NCBI GenBank assembly: GCA_951406725.2
Contig: OX597815.1
Location: 146,320,001-146,384,000, forward strand
Direction of reading: 5' to 3'
Length of the DNA stretch: 64,000 nt
Origin: Octopus vulgaris
Taxonomy: Eukaryota
Part shown: in pieces, positions 1 through 13,447 of the stretch
Layout: each line of letters starts with the position of its first letter
How positions within the stretch are numbered: the stretch's first letter is position 1
Made by a program: the position numbers and the translations under genes
The notes under the pieces: model-generated
Database searches by the model: none
Seen by the model: the letters and a program-made list of their open reading frames with translations, nothing else
Told to the model about the DNA's origin: nothing

Positions 1-960
1 ATTTCTTGTGTTTTTTGGGGTTTTTTTCGTGTCGGAGGGGATGGTTAGGCTCGGTGTCGGTGCTGGAAGAGAGGGTCTCAGAAAGTATGGGTAGGATTGG
101 TGTGGGTTGTCTGACCTGCTTCCTTTCTCTTCCTCTGTTTTTTTTAAATTTTTGTCTTGGTTCGTTGTCGTTTATTTGTATTTTCTCCTCCCCTTCTCTG
201 GTTCTTTCCTGACTTCTTGATTTTTCTCATTCGCAGAAAAGCAGTCCACTCTAACGTGGCCCTTTTTTCCACGTTTGAAACATCGAGGGATTCTGCCCTC
301 CATCCTGACTCTTACCGCATCTCCAGCTGTTACTTTTTCCACCATGTTTTCTGGGTTTTCCGTTGAACTTTGTATAATTAGAACCAACGTTTGTCCTTTC
401 CAGTTGGTTGTTTTTGTTTTCGTAGCTTGGAGAAGGACTATTTCCTCTTCGCTGCCTAGAAGTATAGCCGCCGCTACCCAAGCCACATCTATTTCGGGTG
501 GGAATCCCTCTACCCTAATACTAGAAGCTATTCTTCCAAGGTATGTGAGTAGGAGGACCACACTGTCCGTCCTTAACGGGGTTGCCGAGTGTTGCTTTGC
601 CTTCGCTGCCTTTTTAAAGTGAACCACCACTGTTCCATATCGACTTCTGGCAAGATATAACATATCTTGCCAGATTGACTTCAAGGCTTTTTCAATTTTC
701 TCCGTTGATACAATTTCAATTCTCTATCTGCTACAGAATATACTTTGTACTCAATAGTCCTTTCCTGCATATGTTTTATTACGGCAATTTACGTACCCCA
801 CTTCTCGGTGTACCATCTTCTCATAACTTTGCAACATTGACAGATCTACCTCCTTATTCGCCACTTCAAACGAGGAGAGAAAGCACAAACAAATTGCTGC
901 AGAATAGCACAAAACAATTAACGAAGTGTTTAAAACACTGATACAAAAACAAAACGATGT
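1..960 (-). mobile_element. Decayed 5' part of a non-LTR retrotransposon (L1/Tx1-like): ORF1 with a gag-type zinc knuckle; continues off the left window edge
   Basis: ORF 172..684(-) contains CFKRGKKGHVRVDC (241-282), a CX2CX4HX4C knuckle with the second Cys changed TGT>CGT, followed by a Lys/Glu-rich linker. Frameshifted coding-like sequence (ERTIEYKVYSVADREL...EKIEKALKSIW) continues upstream to about 860. Confidence 0.7.
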
Positions 961-1119
961 TAACACTCTGAAAATACCGTAAAAAATGACTCACGTATAC
1001 CTTGGAAAAACATCCGGAAGCATACTGGCGTTTCTGCCAGTTCACCGCCTTCCACAATGCAAATATGACGAAAGGGAATTAAGCAGTGTGTGAGCAATGG
1101 CAGTAATAAGGATTTGACA

Positions 1120-1281
1120 TTTTGGCACAAGGCCAATAATTTCAGGGTAGGGGGTAAATCTAAAGTTTGTGACAATGATGACAGAAAACCTAGGCAGAAT
1201 TTGAACTCAGAACATAAAGACACACGAAATGCTGTTATGCGTTTTGCCCGGCGTGCTAAAGATTTTGTCAAATTACCGCCT
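1120..1281 (-). mobile_element. tRNA-derived SINE, family A (internally deleted copy)
   Basis: Matches the other family A copies in reverse: ggcacaaggcc...gaatttgaactcagaacataaagac...gcccggcgtgctaa. Confidence 0.8.
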
Positions 1282-1336
1282 ATAATAATATTGATTTCAA
1301 AAGGCGAGCAATTTTGGGTGAGGGGTAAGTCGATTC

Positions 1337-1425
1337 CAGTAATCGGCTCAACTATCGCGGGTGTAACGTTCCAGAACACCACGCGATAGGTGAAAATCCG
1401 CGAAGTAGAAACAATACTGTACTAT
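1337..1425 (+). mobile_element. Tigger/pogo-like DNA transposon terminus (MITE fragment)
   Basis: cagtaatc...tatcgcgggtgtaacgttccagaacacc.cgcgataggtgaaaatccgcgaagtag resembles Tigger-type CAGT ends. A related piece lies at 38358-38430. Confidence 0.5.
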
Positions 1426-1569
1426 ATATTTTTTTAAAATTATTACACCAGGTGGTGCTATTAAGTTAGACATGGCCTGGGCCAATAATGGCCGAAACCT
1501 ATCAAAGTATCAAAGTATCAAAGTATTACTTCCGCCTTTGCTAAAGTAGCATTTCACAACAATAACAAG

Positions 1570-1778
1570 GGTTTTAAGTTTTAGGAACAGAGCGGCAATT
1601 TCGATGGGAGTGTTTTAGTCGAAAGCATTGACCCTAGTTGCAGGACTGGTACTTAACTTTATTAAATGGGTCAAATGATAAACTGACTCCTGGCGGAATT
1701 TGAAATCAGAACGTAATGAGTCGGAAGAAAATCTGCTAGAGATTTTGTCCAACGCTCTAACGATTCTGCCAGCGCTCG
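1570..1778 (-). mobile_element. Family A SINE, diverged copy
   Basis: actggtacttaa...ggcggaatttgaaatcagaacgta...ctaacgattctgccagc. Confidence 0.7.
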
Positions 1779-3656
1779 GAATAAGAATAACTAATTAAAA
1801 ATCGGAAATATTCTGCTCTTACTTCTCAATATACAATAACTTTTCTGATTCATTTCAATTGCATTTAAAGCAAACTTTACCAGAAGATAACACGAACTAA
1901 CGGACTGCAAGACTGTTGGACAAAATATTACCTTCACAGACAAAATTCTTCCAATTTTATAGTAACGAGTGTTAAAGTAAAGAAAGAAATGAAGACAACA
2001 AATGGGCGTGGAGAAATAAAGAAAAAGACGTGAAAATGAGAAGTAGAAAGTGTGGATAAGAAACATTGAAATAAACTACTAAAAGCTGTTATATTGAATT
2101 ATAAGGAGACAGCTTGGAGAAACTGATTCACGTCGGTTGCGGTTATGTAGGCGTCTTTAATTGGAATAGCGGACAGCTTCAGGTAGTACGTTCGATTAGA
2201 GTAGCACATAATTACGTTTATTTAAGGCCTTTTCACTGCCATAGTTTACAGTCATTTTATGAGACTGGTCGTTTATTGGGAAAGATAAATATATTCCCTC
2301 TGTCAGTGATAGAAAATTTGTGACTGGGATATAATATAAAACTGAGAGATATAGAGAATGCGGGTGAGAGACTGAACGAGGGGAGATGAAGAGCCAAACA
2401 GAGAGAGAGAGAGAGAGAGAGAGAGCGATTGATATTGTGCGGTGGAGAATAGAAAATGGAGAGAAGGAAGGATGGAGCATTTTAATAGAATTAATAGACA
2501 CAAAGAGTCTATTAGTAGCTCATTGGTAACTACCACTAGCAGTGTAGAAAGTGTTCTAGAAGCCAAAAGTCGATAGTTGTATCGTCGACACTGCGCATGA
2601 CGAGATCATTTAACTGCCGTGGCTAAGGTTACCTAACATTAAATATGGCCCAAGGTGAGACATGTCCGGAAATGAAGGCTGTAATGTTTTCTACTTCGGA
2701 CACTCAAAGTTGCTTCGAGTATGAAATTTCAATTTAATTGTTATACCATTCAGGCTCAATCATAGCTGTGTGGATGAAACATTCATTTCGAAGCTATAAG
2801 GTTTCGTGGTCGATCATACTGCGAGAATCACTTATAATATAAATATAATTAGTCGCTGTACTATCTATTTGGCAAGAAAATTTTGAAATAAAGTCTCTAT
2901 GCACTAGGTATATATAATGTGACAGTTGCCATCCATCAACCGCTTTAAGACGACCTTCCGGATGCAGGTTTAGAGCAGTCTATTTTGTTTGGGTATTCTC
3001 CTTAGCAGCAAACCCCTATGTGGATACATTAGTTTAATATCCCTACCAATCCTGGTGGCTCTGCAAGTGTGTCATGACGCTACCCTTTCTCTTCTGACGC
3101 TATCATAAAAAAATGTGATAAATTTCTAAACCATAGTACACCTGCCAGTTCCACGAATGACATTATAGTAGCAGATAAGATATCTAAATAAATACCTGGG
3201 TTTCTATATAGACTCGTGTTTCTAGAAACTTATTTAGGCTTACAGTGCATGTTGCAGACTTCAGTGGTTTTTCAAAATCAAATCTCTAAAAAATGCCTAT
3301 TCTTCCGATGGACCAACGTATTGAACCCACATCATAGAGTCAACTGCTATTTAAACACGTAGAGCCGCACACTGGAAGAAGAATCAATACAATAATTCAG
3401 AATGAACATATTTTGTTATTTTACTGGTTTTAATTACTAACTGCGACCAGGTTGTGGCACGTCAATCAATGATTTCTTTTTTTTTTTCACACAATATTAG
3501 AAAGGGTATAACAGAGTCTGAACGGAGTACCTATGCTCGAATGTAACGGTTTACACCGCTTGAGAGGAATACACACAGGTACAGGTACTCGGACCAATAT
3601 ATCCCACTCTGTCACACACATATAAACACATTTCACTCTAATATACGTTTCATTTT

Positions 3657-4027
3657 AAGGCGGCCAGCTGGCAGAAACGTTAGCACTCCGGGCGAAATGC
3701 GTAGCCGTATTTTGTCTGCTGTTACGTTCTGAGTTCAAATTCCGCCGAGGTCGACTCTACCTTTCATCTTTCGGGGTCGATAAATTAAGTACCAGTTAGG
3801 CACTGGGGTCGATGTAATCGACTTAATCCGTTTGTCTGTCCTTCTTTATCCTCTCTGTGTTTAGCCCCTTGTGGGTAGTAAAGAAATAGGTATTTCCGCC
3901 GAGGTCGACTTTGCCTTTCTTCCTTTCAGGGTTGATAAACTAAGTATCAGTTATATACTGGGGTTAATCTAATCTACTGGCTTCCTCCCCCAAAATGTCG
4001 GGCCTTGCGTCTATAGTAGAAAAGAAT
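3657..4027 (+). mobile_element. Family A SINE (tRNA-like head plus Meta-domain-like core), a full copy fused to a second 3' half
   Basis: A-box-like tggcagaaacgttag and B-box-like gagttcaaattcc. The core gaggtcgact...gcctttcatcctttcggggtcgataaattaagtaccag resembles the Meta/Sauria SINE domain and occurs twice (about 3747 and 3901) with different tails. Confidence 0.85.
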
Positions 4028-5113
4028 ATACGTTTCATTTTATTATTAGCCACCCTTTATTTTTTCTTGTTTTGGATATGAGTGTATGTATAAAATACTC
4101 ACAAATATGCTCCACTATATAAGTCTTATTTCATAAAATAATTAAAAAAATTTTAGAGGTATATCATCAATGTCTGTGTAATTGAAGACTTTTTCTCATA
4201 TATATCACGGAAACAACGTGATTTTCGTCTCCCTCCGATGTATATTGTTTTAAAACACAAATCCATAACTCAACATGTCCAGGGAACATTTGAATCAAAA
4301 GCTGGAGGTTGATTACTTAATGACAGGGTGTTATTCTTCTATATATTTCAGGTGCAGACTTTATTAATTTACAAACATATCTGTAGAACTATGCAAGTGC
4401 ACGCCTAAGCACATAGACGCGCATCTATTTGCATTGACAAGTTATTCATACATATGCATACACACGTGTACATAGACACCGCGCAATTACTTAACTGAAT
4501 ATTCATGCACACTCATACGTGTTATATATTTACAAGGATATACAACTGCATGAACATCAGTTTATGCATATATTCTCGTAATGCACGCTCAGGCGCATAT
4601 ACATAAATATATGTCCGTAAGGCACGTGTGAATGACTGTATTATAATCATGCTCGAAATACGAATGTCTTCTATTTTCTTCTCTCTAATATCTAACATAT
4701 TTTTATAATTCTCTCAGATTTTCTCGCTGGTTTTCGTTCGGAGTAAAGTTGCGAGCCCCACCATTGACATTTATATATATATATTGACTTAATTAGTCAA
4801 AACTTCGAGATAAAGTGGTATTGGTGCGGCTTGATGTCTTTGCCTTGGGCGGGGTCTTTTTCATTGACGTATACTCACACTAATACCGTAGATTAGATTT
4901 CCGATTGTGAGATCTATAAACTATCCGCACGGTACGTTTTTCCGTTTATGTATATTATGTCTAGGGATAGAAATTATAACGATTGAGTCCAGCATATCAT
5001 TGTTTTAAACAAACTGTAGGGAACTGAGATCCACATGTCTTTAAAAGGAACAACCTAGAACGCAGTTGTGTTTTAAGTACATGTTTAAATGGTAAAGCTC
5101 TACTCCATCCCCA

Positions 5114-5186
<73 letters not shown>

Positions 5187-5307
5187 ATATAAAAATAATT
5201 ATAATTAATGGCATAGAAAAATTCTAGCCGATATACTGAAAATACACGCTAAATCCTCCTGCCACATTAAAAGTCATCACAAAGTTAAACATGTATGTCC
5301 TTTATTA

Positions 5308-5357
<50 letters not shown>

Positions 5358-5423
5358 CACATCAATAGGTCTATTTTTATATTCTGGCCACTGATAAAAG
5401 ATTTAAAAAAAATTTTATCCTTC

Positions 5424-5474
<51 letters not shown>

Positions 5475-6760
5475 TCAAACTGAGCATAATGAAATATGTT
5501 TAGTAACTCAGACTAAACATACTAAATATCAATAATCAATAAACAGACAATCGATATGTCGCTAACTTAACTCTTTTGATTACCATTTTACGAATTCACT
5601 CACTGTATCAACTGAGAGAAACGAAATGCATAAAAATAAAAAAAAAATGAAAATTCCCAGAACGGGCGTTTGAGTTTTATTTATTTATTGTATCTTTCTG
5701 TGAATAAAGCATAAACATTTTCTCCATTCACAATTATATGTTGGCAATATGTGTGCGGAAAACATTGCATCTGTGATATTTCAAAACTGAAAACTAGATA
5801 TCCATGCATAACTTGTTGCTATGTAATATTTTAACGCTATCCAGTGAACGTGACAAATGCGAAGTATTGTGATAGAAAACTGTATGAAATGATAAAGATA
5901 CACGCAAAGAGATATATTTTTGTATTAGTTTGGCCAGGAGAATGGAATTGTACAGAGCGTCTGCACATGCACTCCGATACCAGTATTTTGATACAGTTGC
6001 TGTTCAGTTTTAATTGCTAAAATCCAATTGTTGCAAAAAATACAAGTACAGTGAAAAATACTCTTCTTTCTGTGAACGTTTACCTTGTATTGAGTGCATC
6101 GCTTGGATGATTTGTCTCGAAAACTCTGAGAAAAAAGGGGCGAGGAAATAAATGAAGCGGATTGTTTGGGTGAGGAGAGAGTGTAGAGAGCACCATGATG
6201 TGAAAGATAGGTATAAAAGCATATTTGGCACGCATGTCCACAACGGAATTTTACTTTAGAACAAATACAATTCTCTCAATGAAACAAGAGAATGTCACTG
6301 ATTTTATACAGCTTAATGATAGATTTTTATTGTTCTATAACTGAACTTTTTTCTTCAGTCTTTAACATTCAATTACATCAGCAAATCTGATATTAAAGTA
6401 TTTATGTAAGCAACGAAACACTTTAAAGTTTCTAAAAATTCATCTTAAAAAAATAAACAAAATAGAATAAAAATAGCTAGGTTCTAACATATGGGACAAT
6501 ATTTATGGCTGTAAATTTTGTGTTGGGTGGATCTGTGTCATGCAGTCCAACAATCTCTATTTTACAGTATTGTAATCAACTCGATCGCACTAATCGAATC
6601 TGAAATTTTTCACCTAAGAAAACTTCTTGGGGAAGGGCAGAGATTCTTAATAAACATAATGACACCTATATCAGTCATGTGCATTTCTAGGATGCTGTAA
6701 AATGGAAACAATATTTCGTCATAGAAATATAAAATTAGATATATCTATTGGTAGGACGTT

Positions 6761-6990
6761 GTGAAGGTACATGGCCTAGTGGTTAGAGCAGCGGACTCGC
6801 GGTCGAGGGATCGAGGGTTCGAATCACAGACCAGGATATATGTGAGATTATGAGCGAAACACCTAAACTCCACGCATCTTGCAGCTCACCTGCGACGGAC
6901 CGGCGTCCCGTCCAGGTGGGAATCTATACGCCAAGGAAACCGGACAACCGGCCCTTATGAGCGAGACGTGGCTCGAGAAGGAACAAACAA
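6761..6990 (+). mobile_element. tRNA(Arg)-like-head SINE, family D, with V-domain-like central block
   Basis: A box tggcctagtggttag, B box ggttcgaatc, TCG anticodon-like loop, then cctgcgacggaccggcgtcccgtccagg and a tail ending (acaa)n. The tail also occurs at 44695-44770. Confidence 0.75.
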
Positions 6991-7469
6991 AAAAATGTGT
7001 AGGACATTAGGCGTCAATATTGTTATTTTTAGTCAATCAGGGAATGGTTGTGCTACGGTAAATTGTTAAAAACGTCTTGCTCCTTAATATGTATTGTTGA
7101 TTAAAACACTAACGATGATTACGATGTGGAAGATAATCGGGTTAACAGCTATATAGCGGTATAGCATTACACGGTGGTTTTCATATTTCTGTGGTCAATA
7201 AAATAAATTACCATTCTTTTCCTCGGGAATTTGAGCCTTTTCCCCAATCGTCACAACTCAGCATTTCTTATATTACTGATAAAGACAAATTTTTTCATGA
7301 ATTAGTCACAGGCGTGGCTTTGTGAACATGGCTCCGGGTTCAGTCCTATTGCTGGATCTTTGGACAAGTAATTTATACTATAGCTTGGACGGACGAAATT
7401 CCTTTGGCTGGATATTTGTTAGGCGGAAATTGAAAGAGAACCGCCGTGCATATTATATATATAAAAAAT

Positions 7470-8071
7470 ATAAAGTTATATCCTGAGTGACAACAACGCT
7501 CAAGATATACAACGGACTGGAAATAGAAGTGCTCCAATGAGCTGTATACACTTTTTTATCCAAGGGGAGGCAATGCGAGCAACAACCACATGAACATCAC
7601 AAAATTCAAAGATAGACCAAACACATACAAATCTTATATATTAATTTATATCTAAACAGTCCGACATTTTAAAACATAAAAAAATTCAGTAATATTTGTA
7701 TCATACACAAATATAAATATAAATATAAATATGAATTTTGCATATAACACGCTTAAAACTGTTAGAATAAGAGAAATAAATATAATGATAATAAAATAAA
7801 AATATGGCATATCAAAAGACGAATAAAATTCAGGCGAATAGTACATAGAATATAATACATATACAAGCTTACAAAAATATAAGATATACAGAAGTCCATC
7901 TACGGGCCGTTTCGGGGATGTGCCAATTAATATTAGACATATCAGTACTTAAGATAGTACTTAAAATTGGCACTCTTCTCATCAGGATGTATTTGTATGT
8001 GTTTGGTCTATATTTGAATTTTGTGATGTTCCTGTGGTTATTGCTCGCATTGCCTCGCCTTGGATAAAAAG

Positions 8072-8075
<4 letters not shown>
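7470..8075 (-). mobile_element. Non-coding Penelope-like pseudo-LTR/retrozyme element with an ~85 bp inverted end duplication
   Basis: 7550-7632 is the reverse complement of about 7987-8073. The element contains an HHR and is flanked by (TA)n. Confidence 0.7.
7896..7990 (-). ncRNA. Type I hammerhead ribozyme, canonical core, extended stem II
   Basis: Minus strand: catc CTGATGA gaaga-gtgccaatt...aattggcac-atcccc GAAAC ggccc GTA gatg. Stem I catc/gatg, near-palindromic stem III acgg-c-ccgt, GUA cleavage triplet. Confidence 0.8.
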
Positions 8076-8163
<88 letters not shown>

Positions 8164-8836
8164 ACGTTCCCACCGCTTGGCTACCGGTGTTGCTTTGTAG
8201 ATGACTCGTAACTTATCAGCTCGGTAAAAGAGGCTTATAGAATGAATATCAGGCTTGAAAAATAAATACTGGAGCCGATTCATTCGACTAAGAACTCTTC
8301 AGAGCGGTGCTCTAGCATGGCAGAAGTCTAATGACTGAAGCAAATAATAGATAAAAGATATGCTGGGAAATGAGTGTGTAGAAATTATTACGACACTATT
8401 TCACCGAACAAAAAATCACCAGGTAGCAAATCTATCTATAAGCATATTACCAATTACAATATTCTCTAAAAGGTATTATCTTACGAAAGCAAAGGTTATA
8501 TTAAAATATAACTAGTTGATTCCATGAATATTCTCCGGTTTTATTAGACATAGCCTCCAACCATTAAAGATCAATATGATATTCTAAACGTTTTTATCAT
8601 ATGGATAAATAATTTTATAAAAAGCATTTCAGTACCTGTTTCAGTCATTGAGACTTTTTCATATGTAAGTATGGAAAACAATTAAATTTTGGAAAAATTG
8701 AAATTTTTTTAAAAGAATATTTGAAGAGTATTCAAATACAAGGTACATTTTCACTGTTTCTGCTTGTTTTGCTTATAGTTTCTGTGTCTCTTGCTTATAC
8801 TTGTTGGTTCGATGTCGTTGTGAATTCTTGGCAGAA

Positions 8837-8884
8837 AAGAAGAAGAAGAAGAAGAAGAAGAAGAAGAAGAAGAAGAAGAAGAAG
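8837..8884. repeat. (GAA)n microsatellite
   Basis: Directly visible. It produces the poly-Arg ORF 8721..8963. Confidence 0.95.
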
Positions 8885-9747
8885 GGGGAGGAGGAGGAGA
8901 ATAATAATTCGAGAGTGCCATGATAGTAGTAGGATGTTAAATGGTCAAGTGCGTCGAATGTGACTTGTTGTGGATAGTAGTAATGACTGAATTCTTGAGA
9001 TATCTCTTTTGAATGTATTGTTTATGATATTTGCGTAGGAGTTATTCGAAACAGTAATAGCAGTAAAGGAAAGAAGGAGGTGGAGGAGAGGAAGAAGACG
9101 AAGAAGAAGAAGGAGAAAGAGAAGAGAGGTGGTGTGATAGTAGTAGGAAGTTAAATGGTCAAGTGACCTAAAAGTATCACGCTGTGGATTATAGCAGTGA
9201 TTGGGATTATTTTTTAAATTAATTTTTGGGTATCTGTTGAATGTATCATTTTAAATATTTGCGTGCGTGTTTGTGTTATTCGAAAGCCGTTGTAGATATG
9301 TCGTTTGTTGTACAGAGTGCCACTTTCTTTAGTTTATCCACTCACTCGTAGTGATGCTATTGACCGATACGACAAAGCCTCAGTTCAAAAACGTATTGTT
9401 TACAAGGAATAAACGAGAATGAAAGGTTTACAAAAGACGAAGGAGCACTGCCGTTTTTTTAATATTTTTTTTTTTTACCATTTATAAAATTTAAATGTTT
9501 TCACATCGGCGTGAGAATGAATATATTATTTAGGGCTGGGAATGTTTTCTAATCGACAATGTTGGTCAGTGCATTTTGTTATATAGTGAAAGAAATGTTA
9601 AAATATCGTTACTCCTGATGAACTAATGAGAAAGTAAATTACGATGCATTTATTTTCATTGGGAAATATATGGCCAAAGCTGTATGATAGGAAACAACAA
9701 ATATGATAGAGTGACGACTCAATGAACGATGAATTGACAGCAAGATT

Positions 9748-9751
<4 letters not shown>

Positions 9752-9825
<74 letters not shown>
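9752..9825. repeat. (AG)n microsatellite
   Basis: Directly visible. Confidence 0.95.
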
Positions 9826-9829
<4 letters not shown>

Positions 9830-10049
9830 TAGAAAGAGTTGAACGTAATGGAAACGTTTTGCTGTAGGTTGAACAAGTATTTAAAGGAGTCTAATACTCG
9901 AAAACTTCATTGGTATGTCAGCTGCATCATGTTTAATATTAAAACAATTACATAAAGTTGTTAAAGATATTTGTTGAAATCGGAATTTGGGTAAGAAAAT
10001 TCTTTTTTTTCTACAGTTTAAGAGAAAGTCTGTAACAACACCCATGCTT

Positions 10050-10216
10050 TCTACAGACTATCTGCTGTTTCCCCTTTTTCCTACTCTCTAGGTCTATTTC
10101 CTTTTTCCGACGAAGAGCCATGTTCGAAATGTCATTTCCACTCCTATTTTGCTAATTAAAACTTTCATTGAAAGTTAAATTGTTGGGTTTTTTCCAGTCT
10201 TGTATGTGTAGGTTGC

Positions 10217-10222
<6 letters not shown>
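10050..10222 (+). mobile_element. Decayed copy of the minimal-HHR element family (family H1)
   Basis: ttt ccgacga a gagc cat gttc gaaat gtc at 10104-10133. Ends in ...gcaatta(ta)n like the other H1 copies. Confidence 0.5.
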
Positions 10223-10275
<53 letters not shown>

Positions 10276-11284
10276 CTCCAAAATGGCTGCGTGGTAAGAT
10301 TTTTCTATATTCCAGACCACTTGTTTTAAATTGATATTAATCAAAGTAATATTCAATTTTTCATCCATATTATTTTAAATTTATATATATATATTTATTT
10401 ATTTATAAAGCAATGTGGCTAGTTTTCCTTCGATTTCGAAAGCCTGTTAGTTCACTCAACTGCTAACCGCTCATTATATTGGTATGTAAATGACTAAAGG
10501 GTCTGCAGAGAACATTAATATAAGTCTCCGCCAAGAACAACGTGATGTACTTTAGGTAGCAACGTTGATTTAGACACAACGCACACTCTCGCACGCATAT
10601 GTGTATTTGAAATATTAAAGATTAGTGGGAGTAGAGAATACCTCTTCCTTTTCAAATGCTAGGAGACAGTCTCTAAATGTCTGACGAACTCACATAAATT
10701 AAGCGCAGAAGAACTGAGTCAAACTGTTATGAAATACGTACTTCCAAAGAAATATACTTTAAGTTTTACATTCTTTCATTTCTACACTCACACGGATGCA
10801 TATATATATACGCGCGTTTTTGTATGTGAATGCATGTATGTACGTACGTACGTACGTATGTATGTATGTATGTATGTATGTATGTATGTATGTATGTATG
10901 TATGTATGTATGTATGTATGTATGTATGTATGTGTGTATGTATCGATGTGTTAAATATGTCTGTACGAATGATGCTTGAGATAGAAAAATAATAAACTTA
11001 TATTTGCATGTAAGAGGCACCAAATTTAATTAACCATCGTTTCCACTTCTTCATTTCCCATGTACTTTTTCCCTATCCTTGGTCGCCTGTACCTCTTCCA
11101 CATCATCATAATCATCACCACTATCATTACAGCATTATTGCCATTATCATTATTATCAAGATTATTATTTCTCACTGCTCTCATGATCATCGAGATCATT
11201 ACGACTATCTTCACCACCATCGTCACCTTGATCATCATAAGCTAGTGTAATCACTACCGGCAGCATCAACAATATTCTTACCAT

Positions 11285-11315
<31 letters not shown>

Positions 11316-12382
11316 ATCACTACCACTATTGGCATCAGCAATCGCTCCATTCTCTGTTTCAAGTTAATTCTGCAAATTCATTCAAACGTGACAGTTTCCC
11401 TTCGATAACTTCCGCTTTTTCACTTTTTTTTTCTTTCACAGCAATATTCATTTCCACCACCAACAACAATGAGAACAACAACATAACCTTAAAAAAGAAT
11501 TACCACTCCTCTCTTGAATCGTCTTCTTCCCATTTAAGCAGCCTAAACAAGCCAATACTCATCTTTGTGCGTGTGTGTGTGTGTGTGGTTCAAAGATATT
11601 TATGTGTGGGTGTGTGGAGAGAGAGGATGCGATACATACGCATGCACAAGCATACACATACACACACATATATATACATTTATGTATGTATGTATATATA
11701 TATATATATATACATATACACATAGATATACATGTGTACATATATGTGTATATATAAACATATATATATGCATATATACATATATACATATATGTATATA
11801 AATATATATATATGTATATACGCACATATGTATATATATACATATATACACATAAGTATATATGTACATATACATATATGTTTATATATATACATATATG
11901 TATATATAATGTATATATGTGTGTGTGTGATTCTCTGTGAGTCTGTGTGTATATATAACTATGTATGTATAAGAGTATACATAGGTACTGCGTCTATGTA
12001 TGCGTATTTGTGAGTTGTATCTTAGTAACGGGGATAAAGTTTACAATTGTATTGTGGTTCCGGATATAAAGGATAAAAGATAAACATACTGATAAACTGA
12101 CGTTAAAAACGGTGGTGCTTCATGCAATAATGACTGTTATGTGGATGCAAAATAAACATATAACAATATGAGACTATTTTTAACAATGATGATGAAGCCA
12201 TAACGTTGGCAATAATGGATTATCCATACACACACATACACGCAAATAAATGTTTGTGCGTGTGTAAGTGTGTGTGTGTGTGTGTGTGAATTGAAGAGGT
12301 TGATATTAACAGCAATAAGTATGAGTAAGCAGCATTAGAAAATTTAAACAGTAATCCTTATGAATATGTTTTGTACATAGAG

Positions 12383-12420
<38 letters not shown>

Positions 12421-12426
<6 letters not shown>

Positions 12427-13256
12427 AATCCAAACGGGAAACAAAAAAACAACAACAAGGGAACAATTACAGTATTATTATTAATAGGCGCTCAGGAAAT
12501 GGAAGCAGGGGGGTATGACGTTTCGAGCGGAGCTCTTCGTCGGAAACATAAAGAAGGAAGAGAGAGGAAAGAAAGATCCCGGAGCGGGCAACGGAGATAG
12601 AGAAAAAAACGGCTGGTGTTAGCAGAAGCACATGGTGAAAGGCGGAAGTTTACGATAACAAGAGCAAAGTGGGTTTTTAAAGGCAAAAGAGTGGAGACAA
12701 GGTTGGTAACGCAACAGATGTGTGTGTATGTGTGAGTGTGTGCGTGTGCGTGTGTGTATGTGTGTGTGTGAGGCGAGGTAAAAAAACAAAAAATATATGT
12801 ATGTGTTAGTGTGTGCGTCTGTGTGTAGGCGTGTGAGGTAGGGCGAGACGGTGGTCAGCATAGCAGCAGCATAGCAGACAAAGGTCAGTAGTGAGAAAAG
12901 GGAGGAAGGAGGAAGGGAGGGAGGGGAAGGGGTGGGGGCGTATGTAGCGTGCCAGCGTGTGTTGAGTGGTAGTGTGTGTGTGTGTCCAGTGTCGTGGTAG
13001 TATTAGTGGCGGTAGATTGAATGTGTGTAAGAGTGAGGTATATGTTTAAGCAATGTGTGTATATGTGTGCGCGTGTGTGTAACGAAAAAAAGGGGGGGGG
13101 TGTTTAGGAAAAGGACTCCAGCGGAGGGGAAGATGGAGGAGTGGTCCCGCGGAGACGGGCGTGGGAAAACCCAACGACACGCGACATCCCAGGAACGGGC
13201 GGGAGGTCTCGTCGGATCCAAAGGCGAGGTGCATGCGGGCGCATGCGTGCGCGAAC

Positions 13257-13260
<4 letters not shown>
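12421..13260 (-). mobile_element. Long H1-family Penelope-like element between two (TA)n tracts, with a GC-rich distal segment
   Basis: Minus-strand motif gttt CCGACGA a gagc tcc gctc GAAAC GTC atac at 12513-12548. Flanks match 39455-39660. CpG-rich block at 13100-13260. Confidence 0.6.
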
Positions 13261-13311
<51 letters not shown>

Positions 13312-13389
13312 TATATATACATATATATATACATATACATATTTATATATATATTTATATTTATACAGATATATATGTATATATGTGTG

Positions 13390-13447
<58 letters not shown>

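Larger units (their letters stand above)
7307..8360 (+). mobile_element. CORE-type SINE, family B, split by an HHR element inserted in its internal (TA)n
   Basis: 5' half at 7307-7450 and 3' half at about 8150-8360 align with the family B copies at 16249 and 46405/47146. Confidence 0.7.

Noticed and set aside
2950-3250. Faint resemblance to a CR1/Jockey endonuclease (LCGYIS..., NDIIVAD)
   Set aside because: Too degraded, with no intact catalytic motif.
4618-4637. taaggcacgtgtgaatgac, similar to miR-124
   Set aside because: Mismatched to the highly conserved mature sequence, and no complementary 5' arm.
6761-6835. tRNA-Arg(TCG)-like sequence (also at 25663)
   Set aside because: No acceptor stem and followed by a SINE body, so these are SINE heads rather than tRNA genes.
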